A stretch of DNA of 64,000 nucleotides. Source: Paraspadella gotoi. Lineage: Eukaryota > Animalia > Chaetognatha. The stretch spans positions 4,379,162-4,443,161 of the forward strand of contig CM119268.1 in NCBI GenBank assembly GCA_051294375.1. Reading direction: 5' to 3'. Of this stretch, positions 9,822-21,499 are shown one piece after another. Both the position numbers and the translations under genes were made by a program. A model generated the notes under the pieces. It did not search any database. It was given only the letters and a program-made list of their open reading frames with translations, and was not told where the DNA came from. Numbering within the stretch: the first letter of the stretch is position 1; every line of letters begins with the position of its first letter.

Positions 9822-12800
9822 GAGAGAAAGGGTCGTTTGTGTTTTATTCGCCAGAGTAGTCTCTTGTCGGTGATAAAAGTTTAGGAAAAGAGAGAAAAGA
9901 TGGATTTCGCTGTTGCCATCAAACTCCTTTTTTTTTCTGGCTCTTTTGTCAAAGACTGAGACGGAGACAGAGAAAGAGAGAGAGAGGAGAGAGAAGAGAG
10001 AGAGATTTTTTATTAGATCTTATTATTCTCAAAATGTCAAAATTTAACAAAAGTACAATGCAATTGTTAATATAGCTGTAAGAACAGATAGAGAGAGAGA
10101 GAAGAGAAATAGTGAGCTTGGGTATTAGCAGCAACGATAATTTAAATTTTAAGAAAAAAACTGTATTTCTCTTTTCGTCACCGACTTTCTGTTCTCTCTC
10201 TCTCCCCTCTCACTCTCTCCTACTCTCGTCACATCTCTTCTCTCGTCGCTCTCACTTCTATCTGCAGGTCATTCTCTCTCTCTCGTTTCTCTCGTCTCGC
10301 TCCTCTTCTCNNNNNNNNNNNNNNNNNNNNNNNNNCCACACCACAGACGCAGGTCATATTCCTAACAGTTTCCTCCTCATCTTACAAGGATACCCAGTTT
10401 CCAGATCACACCACCCAAAAGCAACACAGCCACCCCCGCCACCTGGACCCTCCCCGCGAGAATACGCGCGCCTAACAACACACACACAAACGAGCTCAAG
10501 AAGTGGCAACACAACATTTTGTGTATTAAGAGGTATAAACCATGCGCAGGGATTGAGAAAACTGTAGCCTGTTGACAAGTATGATTGACATAGAACTGTC
10601 ACCTTGGTTTAGAACACTAACAATTAAAACTCGTCTTCTCATTATACAAAACTCGGGAAACGTCTGATACATGGAATCCAGCTATGGCTATCACCCCTAC
10701 CCCTGCATCATCCTCATTCTACACTAATAGCAGCAATATTCGTCTCTCTTAAGATATATATCGATAATGCAGAATGAGGCATCAATTTTCAATATAGATT
10801 TGCATTTAATTAAAATTATATGAGAGAATATTTTAATTTAAATAAAATCACAACTCCGGTGGATTAAATAATAGTCTCAATTTTTTATATTTTATTTTGA
10901 ATATGATAATTATTAAGTCATGGTTAGATACTGAACGTATTGAAATAGCTTTCACGCATGAAAAGCAATTAATAGTCCACCACACTTGCTGATGTGTGTA
11001 AAGTGTGAATGGTATTAAGTGGCGCCCTTGTATGCATGAGTATTGCTGTCTGACTGCGTATTGACTTTCCCTCTAAATTTCTAGTGAATCTAACTGCTTT
11101 AGTATATTATACACAAGAATGAATGTTCTTAAGATGATTAACTCAAGACAACCTGTTTGATAAATATTAATTTAGTATTTTTGTTGAAAAAAATGTTTTA
11201 TACTTAAATTGTCTGGCAATTATATGTAAATGATAGACATTGTGTTTTGCATACCGTGTTCTGTTGGCTGTTTCCTGTTATATTCGCATCAGTCCCTCAC
11301 GTTGCTCTTTCATATATACTCTTCACGGCGCTTGCATCGCGTTGTTGTTGTCTTCGTTCTTTTGTAAAAGAAAAGAAAGATTTTTATATGAAAATTTTAT
11401 CATGAATTGGAAATAACGAAATGGCAGTCTACGTCTTTCCAAATTTTAATTGTTGGTTATGTTCATAATCGTTAGATAAAGAATGTTTAGTGGAAACATA
11501 AATTAAATATCATTGCTAGTCGATAATAGTACACTGTATTGAGTATGAGTATAAATTGGATGATGATTTTGTTTTTTGGATGCATTTATATTTTCTCCTG
11601 GAAAGAGGTGACATCGGTGTGACATGTGTGGACCATGTAGAAATTTGAAAGAAAAAATGCTTTGGAATTGGGTTGTACCAAGATCTTCGCATATGATGTA
11701 CGAACTGCAAAAACATTCAGCTCATAGTGGACGAGACCTGAAACATCTTAGATGACAGGCGCGTCGCTGACCGCCCAGGTGCCAAGGTCAAAAGTCATAA
11801 TAGGCCTACGCCAGCACCAGGTTTTAAGACGATTGATCACGTTATTCTTATTGTGACAGCTAAGTAAAATTGCATGATCGGCAAAGTTAATTAATTAATT
11901 ACATAACTTTTAATGTTGGTATAGTGCGTGTCATGTACAGAGTAAGCAATTCAAATTCGCATTCCCTCATTTGTGTCGATGATTCACTCATATTAAACGA
12001 AACTCTATCCACCGATCAGCGTTGAAATTGGCCGACTTCCGCATGTAGAAGTTGCGGGACTGGATTCGTCCCCATTTATTGTTTTCTTAGCAACGCACAT
12101 GCTAAAATCAGCTGACTCAAATAGTGTCATAATTATATCAATCATTTTCTCTAAAGTTTTATTGATAGTATTTTTTCGATGCATGTCTGATATCAGCCAC
12201 TATGTTTATATTTTAAAATTGTGATATTGAGAGTTTAGTTCAGAGTGCAATCCGAAATCACGTAATTGAGATTTTTAAGCTTCAGGAGAGCACATAGGAG
12301 CTGGTGGCCAGTTGGCCGGATCTGACAAAAGGGATGAGGACTGCGGAATACGCCATGGTTTCTGGCCAGCCCAGTGTGAGGAGCCCATTAGTTGTGGATG
12401 TGCCGGCCACTTGATAAGAAAGAATGTTATCAGACTTTTTGTTGCATCAATATGGCTGAGATGAGTAGAGCAAGGATAGTTTTTGAAATTTAAATGTGCG
12501 GAGTTATGTAGCCGCACTATGTAAGCGTTGATCTGAGAGTCAGATGTCATGAAGCCGTGCTCTGAGCCAAACAGAGTGGCGTTAAGGGTAGCGTCCGGTC
12601 GAAGGAGTTAGGGGCTGAGGTTGCCGAAGGAAAGTATGTAAACATTTGGTTAGTTGCTGTGTTTCAGCCCTTGAAGTGCCAAAGTATTTGGTTTTGGATG
12701 ATCATGTTTATGTGATATGTGCGTTATTTGGGTAACTTTGGCGTTTGCCGGGCTTAGTTCGGGCAGAAGGCGTGGTGCTTTTGATGGACAGCGTCTCTTC

Positions 12801-14040
12801 TAGTGTTTGATAACTATTTACGCAGCTTTATGCCATCCTTGTTTTAATCGCTAATTATTTAGAGTGCATTTATTTTTTTGTCTGCCTGGAGCCAGCGTGT
12901 ATGTTGCTTTAGTATTTTGTTGTGCGTCCGGTCTCTGATACTTTCGTTTCTTTTGAATAAGTGGAAGAGTTAACTTAGATTAAATTTATTTTTAGGAGGG
13001 CGTGTCAGGAAAGCTGCTGGTGCACCACCCAAATAGAAATGCTCGCTCAGGTTCTTAGAAAGGACCGATTGCTTTCTGTGTAAATGTAAACAATGGCTAC
13101 TTCGCGATTCTGGTGGCGATATCTGGGTATTTTAGCCGTGGCTCCGAGAAGAGAACTGTTCTCTCGTATAAATATTTAGTTTTGTATTGTTTACCTTACT
13201 ATAGGTAGGTCACCAGGTGATAGATTTGACCGGAAAGCCGGCGCTGTGTTGTGGTTATAGGCCAACGAAAGTTGTCGTCAGTGAAAACTTCTCTAGCCTT
13301 AGAGTACAACGTCACCACAACGAGAAGATTCGAGAGCACTGTGGGACTCGATCGGTGTGTCGCTCTAATCCTATACGCGCGACAGAAATTCGTTGGTAGC
13401 AGACGTTGCTTGGAAACGCAGATCTCTGCGCCTTCCGCGACGCAAGTCGACCTGCAACATCGAGCAGCCGCGGAAGCCGACCGCGAATGGGGCTTGTTTA
13501 AGAAAAGAAAGGAGAAGATCGAGCCAGGAGAGAGAGATAGGAAAGAGAAGAGAGAGAAGAGAGAGAGAGAGAGAGAGAAGAGAGATGAGAGAGGTTGATG
13601 AGACGAACAGGAGAGATAGCCAAAGTCGTTGTCTTTTATCCTCGCGCAGAGAAGTTCATCTTGTACGCCTGATTAAAAAGTTTTAGGCAAACGGAGAGAA
13701 AGAGCATGATTTCGTCTGGTCCATCAAACCACCCGTTTTTTTTTCTGCTCTGTGTCAAAGTACTGAGAGGACAGGAGAGAGAGAAGAGGCTGGAGAGAGG
13801 AGAGACAGCGAGAAGAAGATGAGAAGAGAGGATTTTAATTACATTTAAAAAATTGGTATTGGCAGGGCAAGGAATAGATGTAAATTAAAGAAGAAAAAAG
13901 GCGTATTCTCTATCGTACCATTCTCTTCTCTCCCTTTTCCTCGTCTCTCTCTCTCTCGCTCTCGTCTCTCGTCGTCCTCGCTCGTGCGGTGTCGTCTCTC
14001 AGTCGCCCTCGCGCCTCTCTCTTCACTGTTCTCTCTCGAA
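9780..14040 (+). repeat. Noisy direct duplicate (about 9780-10310 and about 13540-14040) either side of a 25-N gap
   Basis: Shared strings such as gataaaagtttagg, gatttcg...ccatcaaac and gtcaaag..ctgag, with many indels. Confidence 0.75.
10340..12800 (-). mobile_element. Possible degenerate transposon-derived coding sequence (Ulp1/C48-like fragments)
   Basis: ORF 12275-12550 contains DSQINAYI..L and SSHW; a PQ...TCG-like string occurs near 12040-12060. Non-repetitive, indel-rich sequence right after a 25-N gap. Confidence 0.25.
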
Positions 14041-14536
14041 AAAAGGCCAAAAGCTAAACGGACTAGAAGATCTGGCCTACTGACAAATGAGTGACATTTG
14101 AGGAAACATCAGCGCGAAGAGCGTAAGTTAAAAGAGAGAGAGAGACAAATGAGAGAGAGACAGATGGATGACAGAGACAGAGAAAAAAAGATTGATATAG
14201 AAAGTGTGAGTGAAAGAGAGACAGAATGTTTTCAATTAAAATAGCTACTGAGCGTTACCTAAGCAGACGGTCAATAATAAATTTTCCCTTGATCTTCTCT
14301 TTCCACTTTTCACCAGTTAAACCCAACTTTCACTTCTTTTTCAAACGATGAGATTCCGTTGACTCACGACCGTGAAAGGTGAATCGGTGACGAAATCAGT
14401 GAACGAATGTCGTCTTCACTTCACCCGAGGGACGCTGACCTCGCTCGTCTCACACGAACCATCGAGATTCACATTGACGTCCTCTCGCGGGAAAACAACA
14501 GAAACAACAACAACGAAAACAACAACAACGTCCCTT

Positions 14537-14584
14537 ATGGGATGTGCGGCGTCGAAACCTGTGGTTAGAACAACATCGAACCAC
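14537..14584 (+). CDS. Globin, probable first coding exon with N-myristoylation/palmitoylation motif
   Basis: ATG GGA TGT GCG GCG TCG gives MGCAASKPVVRTTSNH|gttaag (Gly2, Cys3, Ser6). Lies 0.8 kb upstream of the globin A-helix exon; the link is inferred and intervening exons near 14690-15108 are unresolved. Confidence 0.6.
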
Positions 14585-15379
14585 GTTAAGACTCATGAAT
14601 ACGAAACAGATCTACTAAGAAACATAATTAAACAAATAAAAAAAAATTGAACAAAGAAATATAGGCTCTTAACTCAATCGTTATGTATACAGGAGGGTCC
14701 AGCTCCAATGGGACTAACTTAAAGTACTTACAGCATAAAAACGGCGGCATATGATAGAGGTAAAAATAGACGTCTGGAAAATCCAACAGCAAATAAACAA
14801 TGAAGCTTTTTCATAACATGTCAAAATTCTTCGCGCTGCTTCCTTAAAATATTTTAGGAAATTTTGCTTAAAATCAAGATGAAGGATTGTGACTCCTGAC
14901 TTTTGGCCGCGCAGTTTTTCTGACTGCAATCCCCCTGATTGATAAAAATGTAAGATACGAAAGCAGAATGTCCCACGCATCCATTGTAGAACTGTCGACT
15001 TTCTGACAGCAACACTAGTGACAGAAATGACAGCATTCCCAATGGGCGCGGTCGGAAAAGCATATGCCGCCTTCTCTGAACCTTTGGAGAAGGTCGTGGT
15101 TGCCAAAGGTAATCTCTTTAATTGATTGTGTTGTCATCACAATATTTTATAATTATACCAATTTGATTATTTTTTTATCCGTCCAAACGATTTTTTAAAA
15201 TTAATCCGAAAAGAGCTGGGCCTCCCTGGATTATAATCAATTCTAATCTATTGCTAAACTCATAACCGAAACAAGCTGTTGTGGCTGTTAAATATTGATA
15301 AATACTGTTAAATGCTGTTAAATTTAATTTAGCAATTGAGCTAGCGTGAACGTCGCTACCTTTTATTTTTAAATTTCAG

Positions 15380-15418
15380 GCCCAAACGGGATTAAGCGAC
15401 GATGAACTGAAGAAACAA
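15380..15418 (+). CDS. Globin exon, start of A helix
   Basis: tttcag|AQTGLSDDELKKQ|gtgagc; the TGLS..E pattern is typical of a globin NA/A-helix start. Confidence 0.7.
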
Positions 15419-15822
15419 GTGAGCAAGGGGAATTAATTTTCATACTTATCTGAAATTATCGAATTACTGACTGATTTACTGCCTCACTGACTGTCTAATT
15501 GATTGTCTGCCCGACTGACAGATTGATTAATTGATTTCTTAATGAATACATACATACAATACATTCATACATTCAATACATATATATCTTTTCCCTTCTT
15601 AATTAAGATGCAATGACCTTTGNNNNNNNNNNNNNNNNNNNNNNNNNNNNNNNNNNNNNNNNNNNNNNNNNNNNNNNNNNNNNNNNNNNNNNNNNNNNNN
15701 NNNNNNNNNNNNNNNNNNNNNNNNNNNNNNNNNNNNNNNNNNNNNNNNNNNNNNNNNNNNNNNNNNNNNNNNNNNNNNNNNNNNNNNNNNNNNNNNNNNN
15801 NNNNNNNNNNNNNNNNNNNNNN

Positions 15823-15857
15823 CAACAAAGCTTTTCAAGATATGGACGAACCCACGG
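15823..15857 (+). CDS. Globin exon, end of A helix (5' part hidden in N gap)
   Basis: ..NKAFQDMDEPT G|gttagt; phase 1 joins the next exon as GCC (Ala). Confidence 0.65.
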
Positions 15858-16538
15858 GTTAGTAACGACATCGATTCCAGTTTAAATTTATATATATATA
15901 TATATATATATATTATGGTGGTCTAAAATCCACCAACCGTTCATCAGCGGTCATTGGTGCCGGAGTCAAGTCATTCGCCTCCCAACCCAAAGGTCCGGTG
16001 GTCGTCTGGCAGTTGAGAGGGACGGGTCGCTTAACCCGCCTGTAACATGGTGTTACAGCCTGATCCGAAGTTCAGGGACTGCTTATATTGAACGGTTCTG
16101 TCACTAACACATAACAATAATTACTGTCTCTTCAATATATAATATATATATATATAGATTTAAAGATTTAAAGATTTTTAAAGATATATAGATTTAAACT
16201 ATTATATATATATCTCTATTTATTTGACTAAAATTTATAAATAAAATAATGGCGTTAATCAGCGTTAATCCGCCACGATTGTATACGGCCCTTATGTGGA
16301 TAAAGAAAACTTAACTTAACTTTAATCGTGAAACANNNNNNNNNNNNNNNNNNNNNNNNNNNNNNNNNNNNNNNNNNNNNNNNNNNNNNNNNNNNNNNNN
16401 NNNNNNNNNNNNNNNNNNNNNNNNNNNNNNNNNNNNNNNNNNNNNNNNNNNNNNNNNNNNNNNNNNNNNNNNNNNNNNNNNNNNNNNNNNNNNNNNNNNN
16501 NNNNNNNNCCCCCCCCCGTAACCGCCCTAAAACCAAAG

Positions 16539-16694
16539 CCGATGGATGCCATCGCTTCTTCCAGTCCTGGTTAAGATCCAACCCAGAGATGCTCTCCCGT
16601 TTCGAATTCGTTGGTCCGTTGGACCTCAATACTTTTTTGCGGACGTCAAAGTGCAGCAAGATGGCCGTTTTGGTGTGGAAGTGGCTGAAGGAAG
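16539..16694 (+). CDS. Globin exon, B-E helices
   Basis: aag|CC...G|gtcagg, 156 nt, phase 1/1: (A)DGCHRFFQSWLRSNPEMLSRFEFVGPLDLNTFLRTSKCSKMAVLVWKWLKE. PEMLSRF has the C2 Pro to CD1 Phe spacing of myoglobin PETLEKF. Confidence 0.82.
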
Positions 16695-16995
16695 GTCAGG
16701 GATCGGTGGAGTGCGTTGTGGTGTCTGTGGGGGTCGGTGGATGTGGGTGGATGGTGAGTAGCTAAATGGATAGAAATTTACAATACTTTGATAATCGTTA
16801 GATTTTCTTTCGTGTAACACTCGATAATTCTGAAAATTTTTTTCTTGGAACGTTATTATGTCGCTACCACAATTAATTACCCCTTGAATTAAATTGTATT
16901 AAATTAAATTGTATTAAATTAAATTGTATTCAGCTATGAAATGTTTGAATTAAATTGTATTCAGCTATGAAATGTTTGAATTAAATTGTATTCAG

Positions 16996-17068
16996 CTATG
17001 AAATGTTTGGTCGACGGACAAACGTTCGTCGATTTGGTTCAAAAAGTTGGAATGTTTCACGGTGGAAC
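16996..17068 (+). CDS. Globin exon, EF/F helix with proximal His (3' part hidden in N gap)
   Basis: ttcag|CT ATG...: (A)MKCLVDGQTFVDLVQKVGMFHGG. The V..VG..H pattern fits F-helix L..LG..H; His codon at 17058-17060. Confidence 0.82.
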
Positions 17069-17329
17069 NNNNNNNNNNNNNNNNNNNNNNNNNNNNNNNN
17101 NNNNNNNNNNNNNNNNNNNNNNNNNNNNNNNNNNNNNNNNNNNNNNNNNNNNNNNNNNNNNNNNNNNNNNNNNNNNNNNNNNNNNNNNNNNNNNNNNNNN
17201 NNNNNNNNNNNNNNNNNNNNNNNNNNNNNNNNNNNNNNNNNNNNNNNNNNNNNNNNNNNNNGAATGAATGAAGAAACAATCTATTATTCAACCATTTAAA
17301 AAGATAAATGCATGAATCCATCCAATCAG

Positions 17330-17530
17330 GACATAGAATGCTTTTGCAAATCTTTGAACGAGGTACTCCTGGACCGCAACGGTGGAGCCACGCCGGAGCT
17401 GGGAGACGCCCTCTTCCTTTTAAGTCAAGTCATGATTGCCAATTTTCAAGAGGGACTTTCGATGGCCAACAATCGACAATTCGACAGCTACTCGTCCATC
17501 TCATCCAATCGGAAGAAAGCCAAGCATTGA
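17330..17530 (+). CDS. Globin last exon, G and H helices
   Basis: atcag|DIECFCKSLNEVLLDRNGGATPELGDALFLLSQVMIANFQEGLSMANNRQFDSYSSISSNRKKAKH*. Phase-0 intron early in the G helix, at or near the conserved globin G7.0 position. Confidence 0.8.
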   Translation, partial: DIECFCKSLNEVLLDRNGGATPELGDALFLLSQVMIANFQEGLSMANNRQFDSYSSISSNRKKAKH

Positions 17531-17572
17531 CCTGATTTTAATATAACTAACTATACATGTAAAAATTACATG

Positions 17573-17578
17573 AATAAA
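17573..17578 (+). terminator. Putative polyadenylation signal of the globin
   Basis: AATAAA about 40 nt after the TGA, followed by T/GT-rich sequence. Confidence 0.5.
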
Positions 17579-20196
17579 CAATCGACTTATGGTTTGTCAC
17601 TTTTCTATTAAAGGTTTTAGTGGTGCAATTTTTATAAAACATCGAATTTTTTTTATAACCCCATTTCTATATAAGTATGAAACTTTATCGTCTGTTTACG
17701 AAGTATAACATATGAACTAAATGCTCAAAAATCTGTGGTATTTAAAATATAAACAGTAGGATAGAAAGATAAACCGACCGACTGACCAAAAAAAAGTGTT
17801 TTATTAACTAAAACAGAGATATTTTTTTCTTCGTCGTCAAAATTAAATTTTCAAAAATCGAAGATATTTTTTTTTTAAATTTTATTCTCTGGAAACGAGA
17901 AGTTTATGGGTTTTCGTCGAGTCAGCCATTTTTGAATGAATAAAGAGTGACGAATAGAAAAAGGAAAAAAAAGGGAAAAAAAGGGAAAAANNNNNNNNNN
18001 NNNNNNNNNNNNNNNNNNNNNNNNNNNNNNNNNNNNNNNNNNNNNNNNNNNNNNNNNNNNNNNNNNNNNNNNNNNNNNNNNNNNNNNNNNNNNNNNNNNN
18101 NNNNNNNNNNNNNNNNNNNNNNNNNNNNNNNNNNNNNNNNNNNNNNNNNNNNNNNNNNNNNNNNNNNNNNNNNNNNNNNNNNNNNNNNNNNNNNNNNNNN
18201 NNNNNNNNNNNNNNNNNNNNNNNNNNNNNNNNNNNNNNNNNNNNNNNNNNNNNNNNNNNNNNNNNNNNNNNNNNNNNNNNNNNNNNNNNNNNNNNNNNNN
18301 NNNNNNNNNNNNNNNNNNNNNNNNNNNNNNNNNNNNNNNNNNNNNNNNNNNNNNNNNNNNNNNNNNNNNNNNNGAGAGAGAGAGAATCGAATTTCCTAAT
18401 TTCGTCTCCCTTTTTTTTCCCAAAAATTAACATCGATTCGGCAAACGGAAAGCAGACTCCTTCCCCCCTCATGAAAAGAAATAACAACAACAACAACAAC
18501 ATCAGTAAAAACAGAAAGTTAAGGAAAAAATAACAAAAAAATTAAACTTTTTAAGGACTCCTTTAAAGGTGCGAATAATTACAAAAAGAACAACAACAAC
18601 AACAACGGAAACAAAAACTGGAAGCGAAGAAAAACAGAAAGAAGAACCGCAGACCCACGGGTTCGGCCATAAAAGTAATTAGAANNNNNNNNNNNNNNNN
18701 NNNNNNNNNNNNNNNNNNNNNNNNNNNNNNNNNNNNNNNNNNNNNNNNNNNNNNNNNNNNNNNNNNNNNNNNNNNNNNNNNNNNNNNNNNNNNNNNNNNN
18801 NNNNNNNNNNNNNNNNNNNNNNNNNNNNNNNNNNNNNNNNNNNNNNNNNNNNNNNNNNNAGAGAGAGAAAGAGAGAAATCGAGGAAGTGAGAGAGAGAGA
18901 GAGGAAGAGACAGAAAACCCAAGAAAGCGAGAAAAAGAAAAACAAACAAAGAAAAGAAAAGAAAATCACTGAAGTTCGAAGCGAAACGAAAAGGTCAAAA
19001 TCGGTTCCTTCGTCGTCGGTTTGTGTCGGTTCGTGTCGGCATCTGGCGGCGGGCGGCGGGCGGCGGGCGGGCTGGATTGGCGGCCTGCTGCGGCGGCGGT
19101 TGAGGCGGTAGGGGTTCGACTCGAAATGGGATTAAATGAGACAAAAAACAGAGAAAAGCAGAAAAACAAATAAAAAGAAAAAGAAAATATGTTTGGGGAT
19201 GAAGTCGGAGAAAAGAGAAAACGGAGTTGGAAAAGATAGATAGGAGCAGATAGGGAAAAAAGAAGAAGAAAAGAGAGGAGCTGAAAGAAATAAAGAGGAT
19301 ATAGAAACAAACAGAGATGTGAGAAGAGTGAGAGAGAGAAAAAGACAAGGGAGGAAAAGAGAGATAAAGATAGGGGCAGAAAAAAAAAGAAAGATATGGA
19401 CAGAGAGATAAAGAAAGACAGGANNNNNNNNNNNNNNNNNNNNNNNNNNNNNNNNNNNNNNNNNNNNNNNNNNNNNNNNNNNNNNNNNNNNNNNNNNNNN
19501 NNNNNNNNNNNNNNNNNNNNNNNNNNNNNNNNNNNNNNNNNNNNNNNNNNNNNNNNNNNNNNNNNNNNNNNNNNNNNNNNNNNNNNNNNNNNNNNNNNNN
19601 NNNNNNNNNNNNNGAGAGAGAGAGAGAGACGAAGAGGTAAAAAAGACGGAGACAAATATACAGAGAAAACCTTTTTTTTTCTCTCAATTTGATTCGATTC
19701 GTTGCGTTGAGAGAATTTATTTCTCTCAAAGAAAAAGAAATTAAACGAATCTTTCCCGTTCTTTTTTTTTCTTTAGATAAAGATAACAAATTCTTTTTTT
19801 AAGAAATAAAATCATGCCTTTTGTTTTTAAAGAAATCTTATAAACTAAAAGGAATAAAAGACGAGATAACGATGAGGATCGTGACGTATTTACACGTAAA
19901 TCCAAGGGATAAGAAAGTAAAAATAAAAGCAATGCGGCGAAACCCCTTGGAATAACCGTTCCATGTTCTAAGAAAAGCCGATAAACTACGAAAACAAAAA
20001 AAAACCAACCACGACAATTAGAACATGTTCATCAAAAAGGACAACAACATTAACTACAACAACAACGACAACGATGACTCTGTCAAGAAAACGTCAAACC
20101 GGATGTCAACATCGCGTCGCTAAAATGTCACAAAAATATCTTCAAGTTCAGGACGAATGATCAAGTTTGAAGCCGAAAGCCTCTAACTTGAACCCC

Positions 20197-20294
20197 CTTA
20201 TTTTCCACTTCTTATTTTCCACTTCTTATTTTCCACTTCTTATTTTCCACTTCTTATTTTCCACTTCTTATTTTCCACTTCTTATTTTCCACTT
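20197..20294. repeat. 14-bp minisatellite (CTTATTTTCCACTT), about 7 copies
   Basis: Visible perfect tandem array without spacers. Confidence 0.95.
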
Positions 20295-21499
20295 TTTGCA
20301 ACGAAGTGGAAAAAAAAGCATGACTTCTCTATGACAAGCTGTACCAGCTTTACTTACTATTTTATTTGTTTACTTACCATCTTACTTATTTAATACTTCA
20401 TTTTTGTTAATCATTTTTTTTTAACTCTCTTCTTTCTCTCTCCTCTATTTCCAAAAATACGTGCGATTCTTTCTTTCCAAGAGAATTTTTTTGTTAAAAA
20501 TCTTACAGAAACCTGTTCTTTGGACAAACCATTTGCGGGAACCTAATCATTTATATAATCCTTTAATGTAGTCATGATTTTCTTCATATTATTAATGTAT
20601 CTTTAACTTAAAATATTGCACATAACGGTGTAATATTGTGTTTAAATAAGTTAACATTATTCACGGTTTGCAAAATCCCTCCATCGTCAAAACGACGCTT
20701 GCAAATCAGGGAGCCTTCTTATTTATCGCCGCTAAAATTCTGTATACGGTAACCATGGAAACGCGTCGTCGCTGGAAGCTGTCGCCATCAATATCGGGTA
20801 AGCTCGGACGTCGCAAACTGGGTGAGTTATTAGGAATCCAGGAAACCGTAAAAGGGCAATAGATAAGCCCTTTTCTCCCTTTTTTTTTNNNNNNNNNNNN
20901 NNNNNNNNNNNNNNNNNNNNNNNNNNNNNNNNNNNNNNNNNNNNNNNNNNNNNNNNNNNNNNNNNNNNNNNNNNNNNNNNNNNNNNNNNNNNNNNNNNNN
21001 NNNNNNNNNNNNNNNNNNNNNNNNNNNNNNNNNNNNNNNNNNNNNNNNNNNNNNNNNNNNNNNNNNNNNNNNNNNNNNNNNNNNNNNNNNNNNNNNNNNN
21101 NNNNNNNNNNNNNNNNNNNNNNNNNNNNNNNNNNNNNNNNNNNNNNNNNNNNNNGGGGGAATGGAGGAAAGAGACTGGGGAAGAGTCAAGGGGAAGGAAA
21201 GGTTAAATTGGGAGAAGGGATAACGAATAAATAAATAAAAGGAAATGTAAGCGAAACAAAAAGGTAAAATTAAAGTTGCGAATAAGGAAAAACAAAATTC
21301 ATGAAGGAAAATGAAAGGCTTAAAGAAAGAGGAAAGGTAAAAGGAAAAGGATGATGCAAAAAGGAAAAAAGGAAAATATCTAGAAAAGGAAAATTAAAAA
21401 ATGAAAAAGAAAGGTAAACAAAATTATAGACAATGTAAAGAAAAGGAAGCTAGCAAAAAAAAGAGAAGGTAAAAGGTTAATATTGTAGGTGCAAAAAAC

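Noticed and set aside
14690-15108. Candidate globin linker exon ending ...GTTGCCAAAG|gtaatc
   Set aside because: Good donor, but the longest frame is phase-incompatible with the next exon and upstream frames contain stops; cannot be resolved without cDNA.
15935-15985. Minus-strand CTGATGA and GGCGAATG as hammerhead or HDV-like ribozyme cores
   Set aside because: No GAAA and stem II after CTGATGA, and I could not build the HDV P1/P1.1/P3 nested pseudoknot. The island is kept only as an unclassified structure.
20197-20294. Regular short repeats as a CRISPR array
   Set aside because: Head-to-tail 14-mers with no spacers, eukaryotic context, no cas genes.
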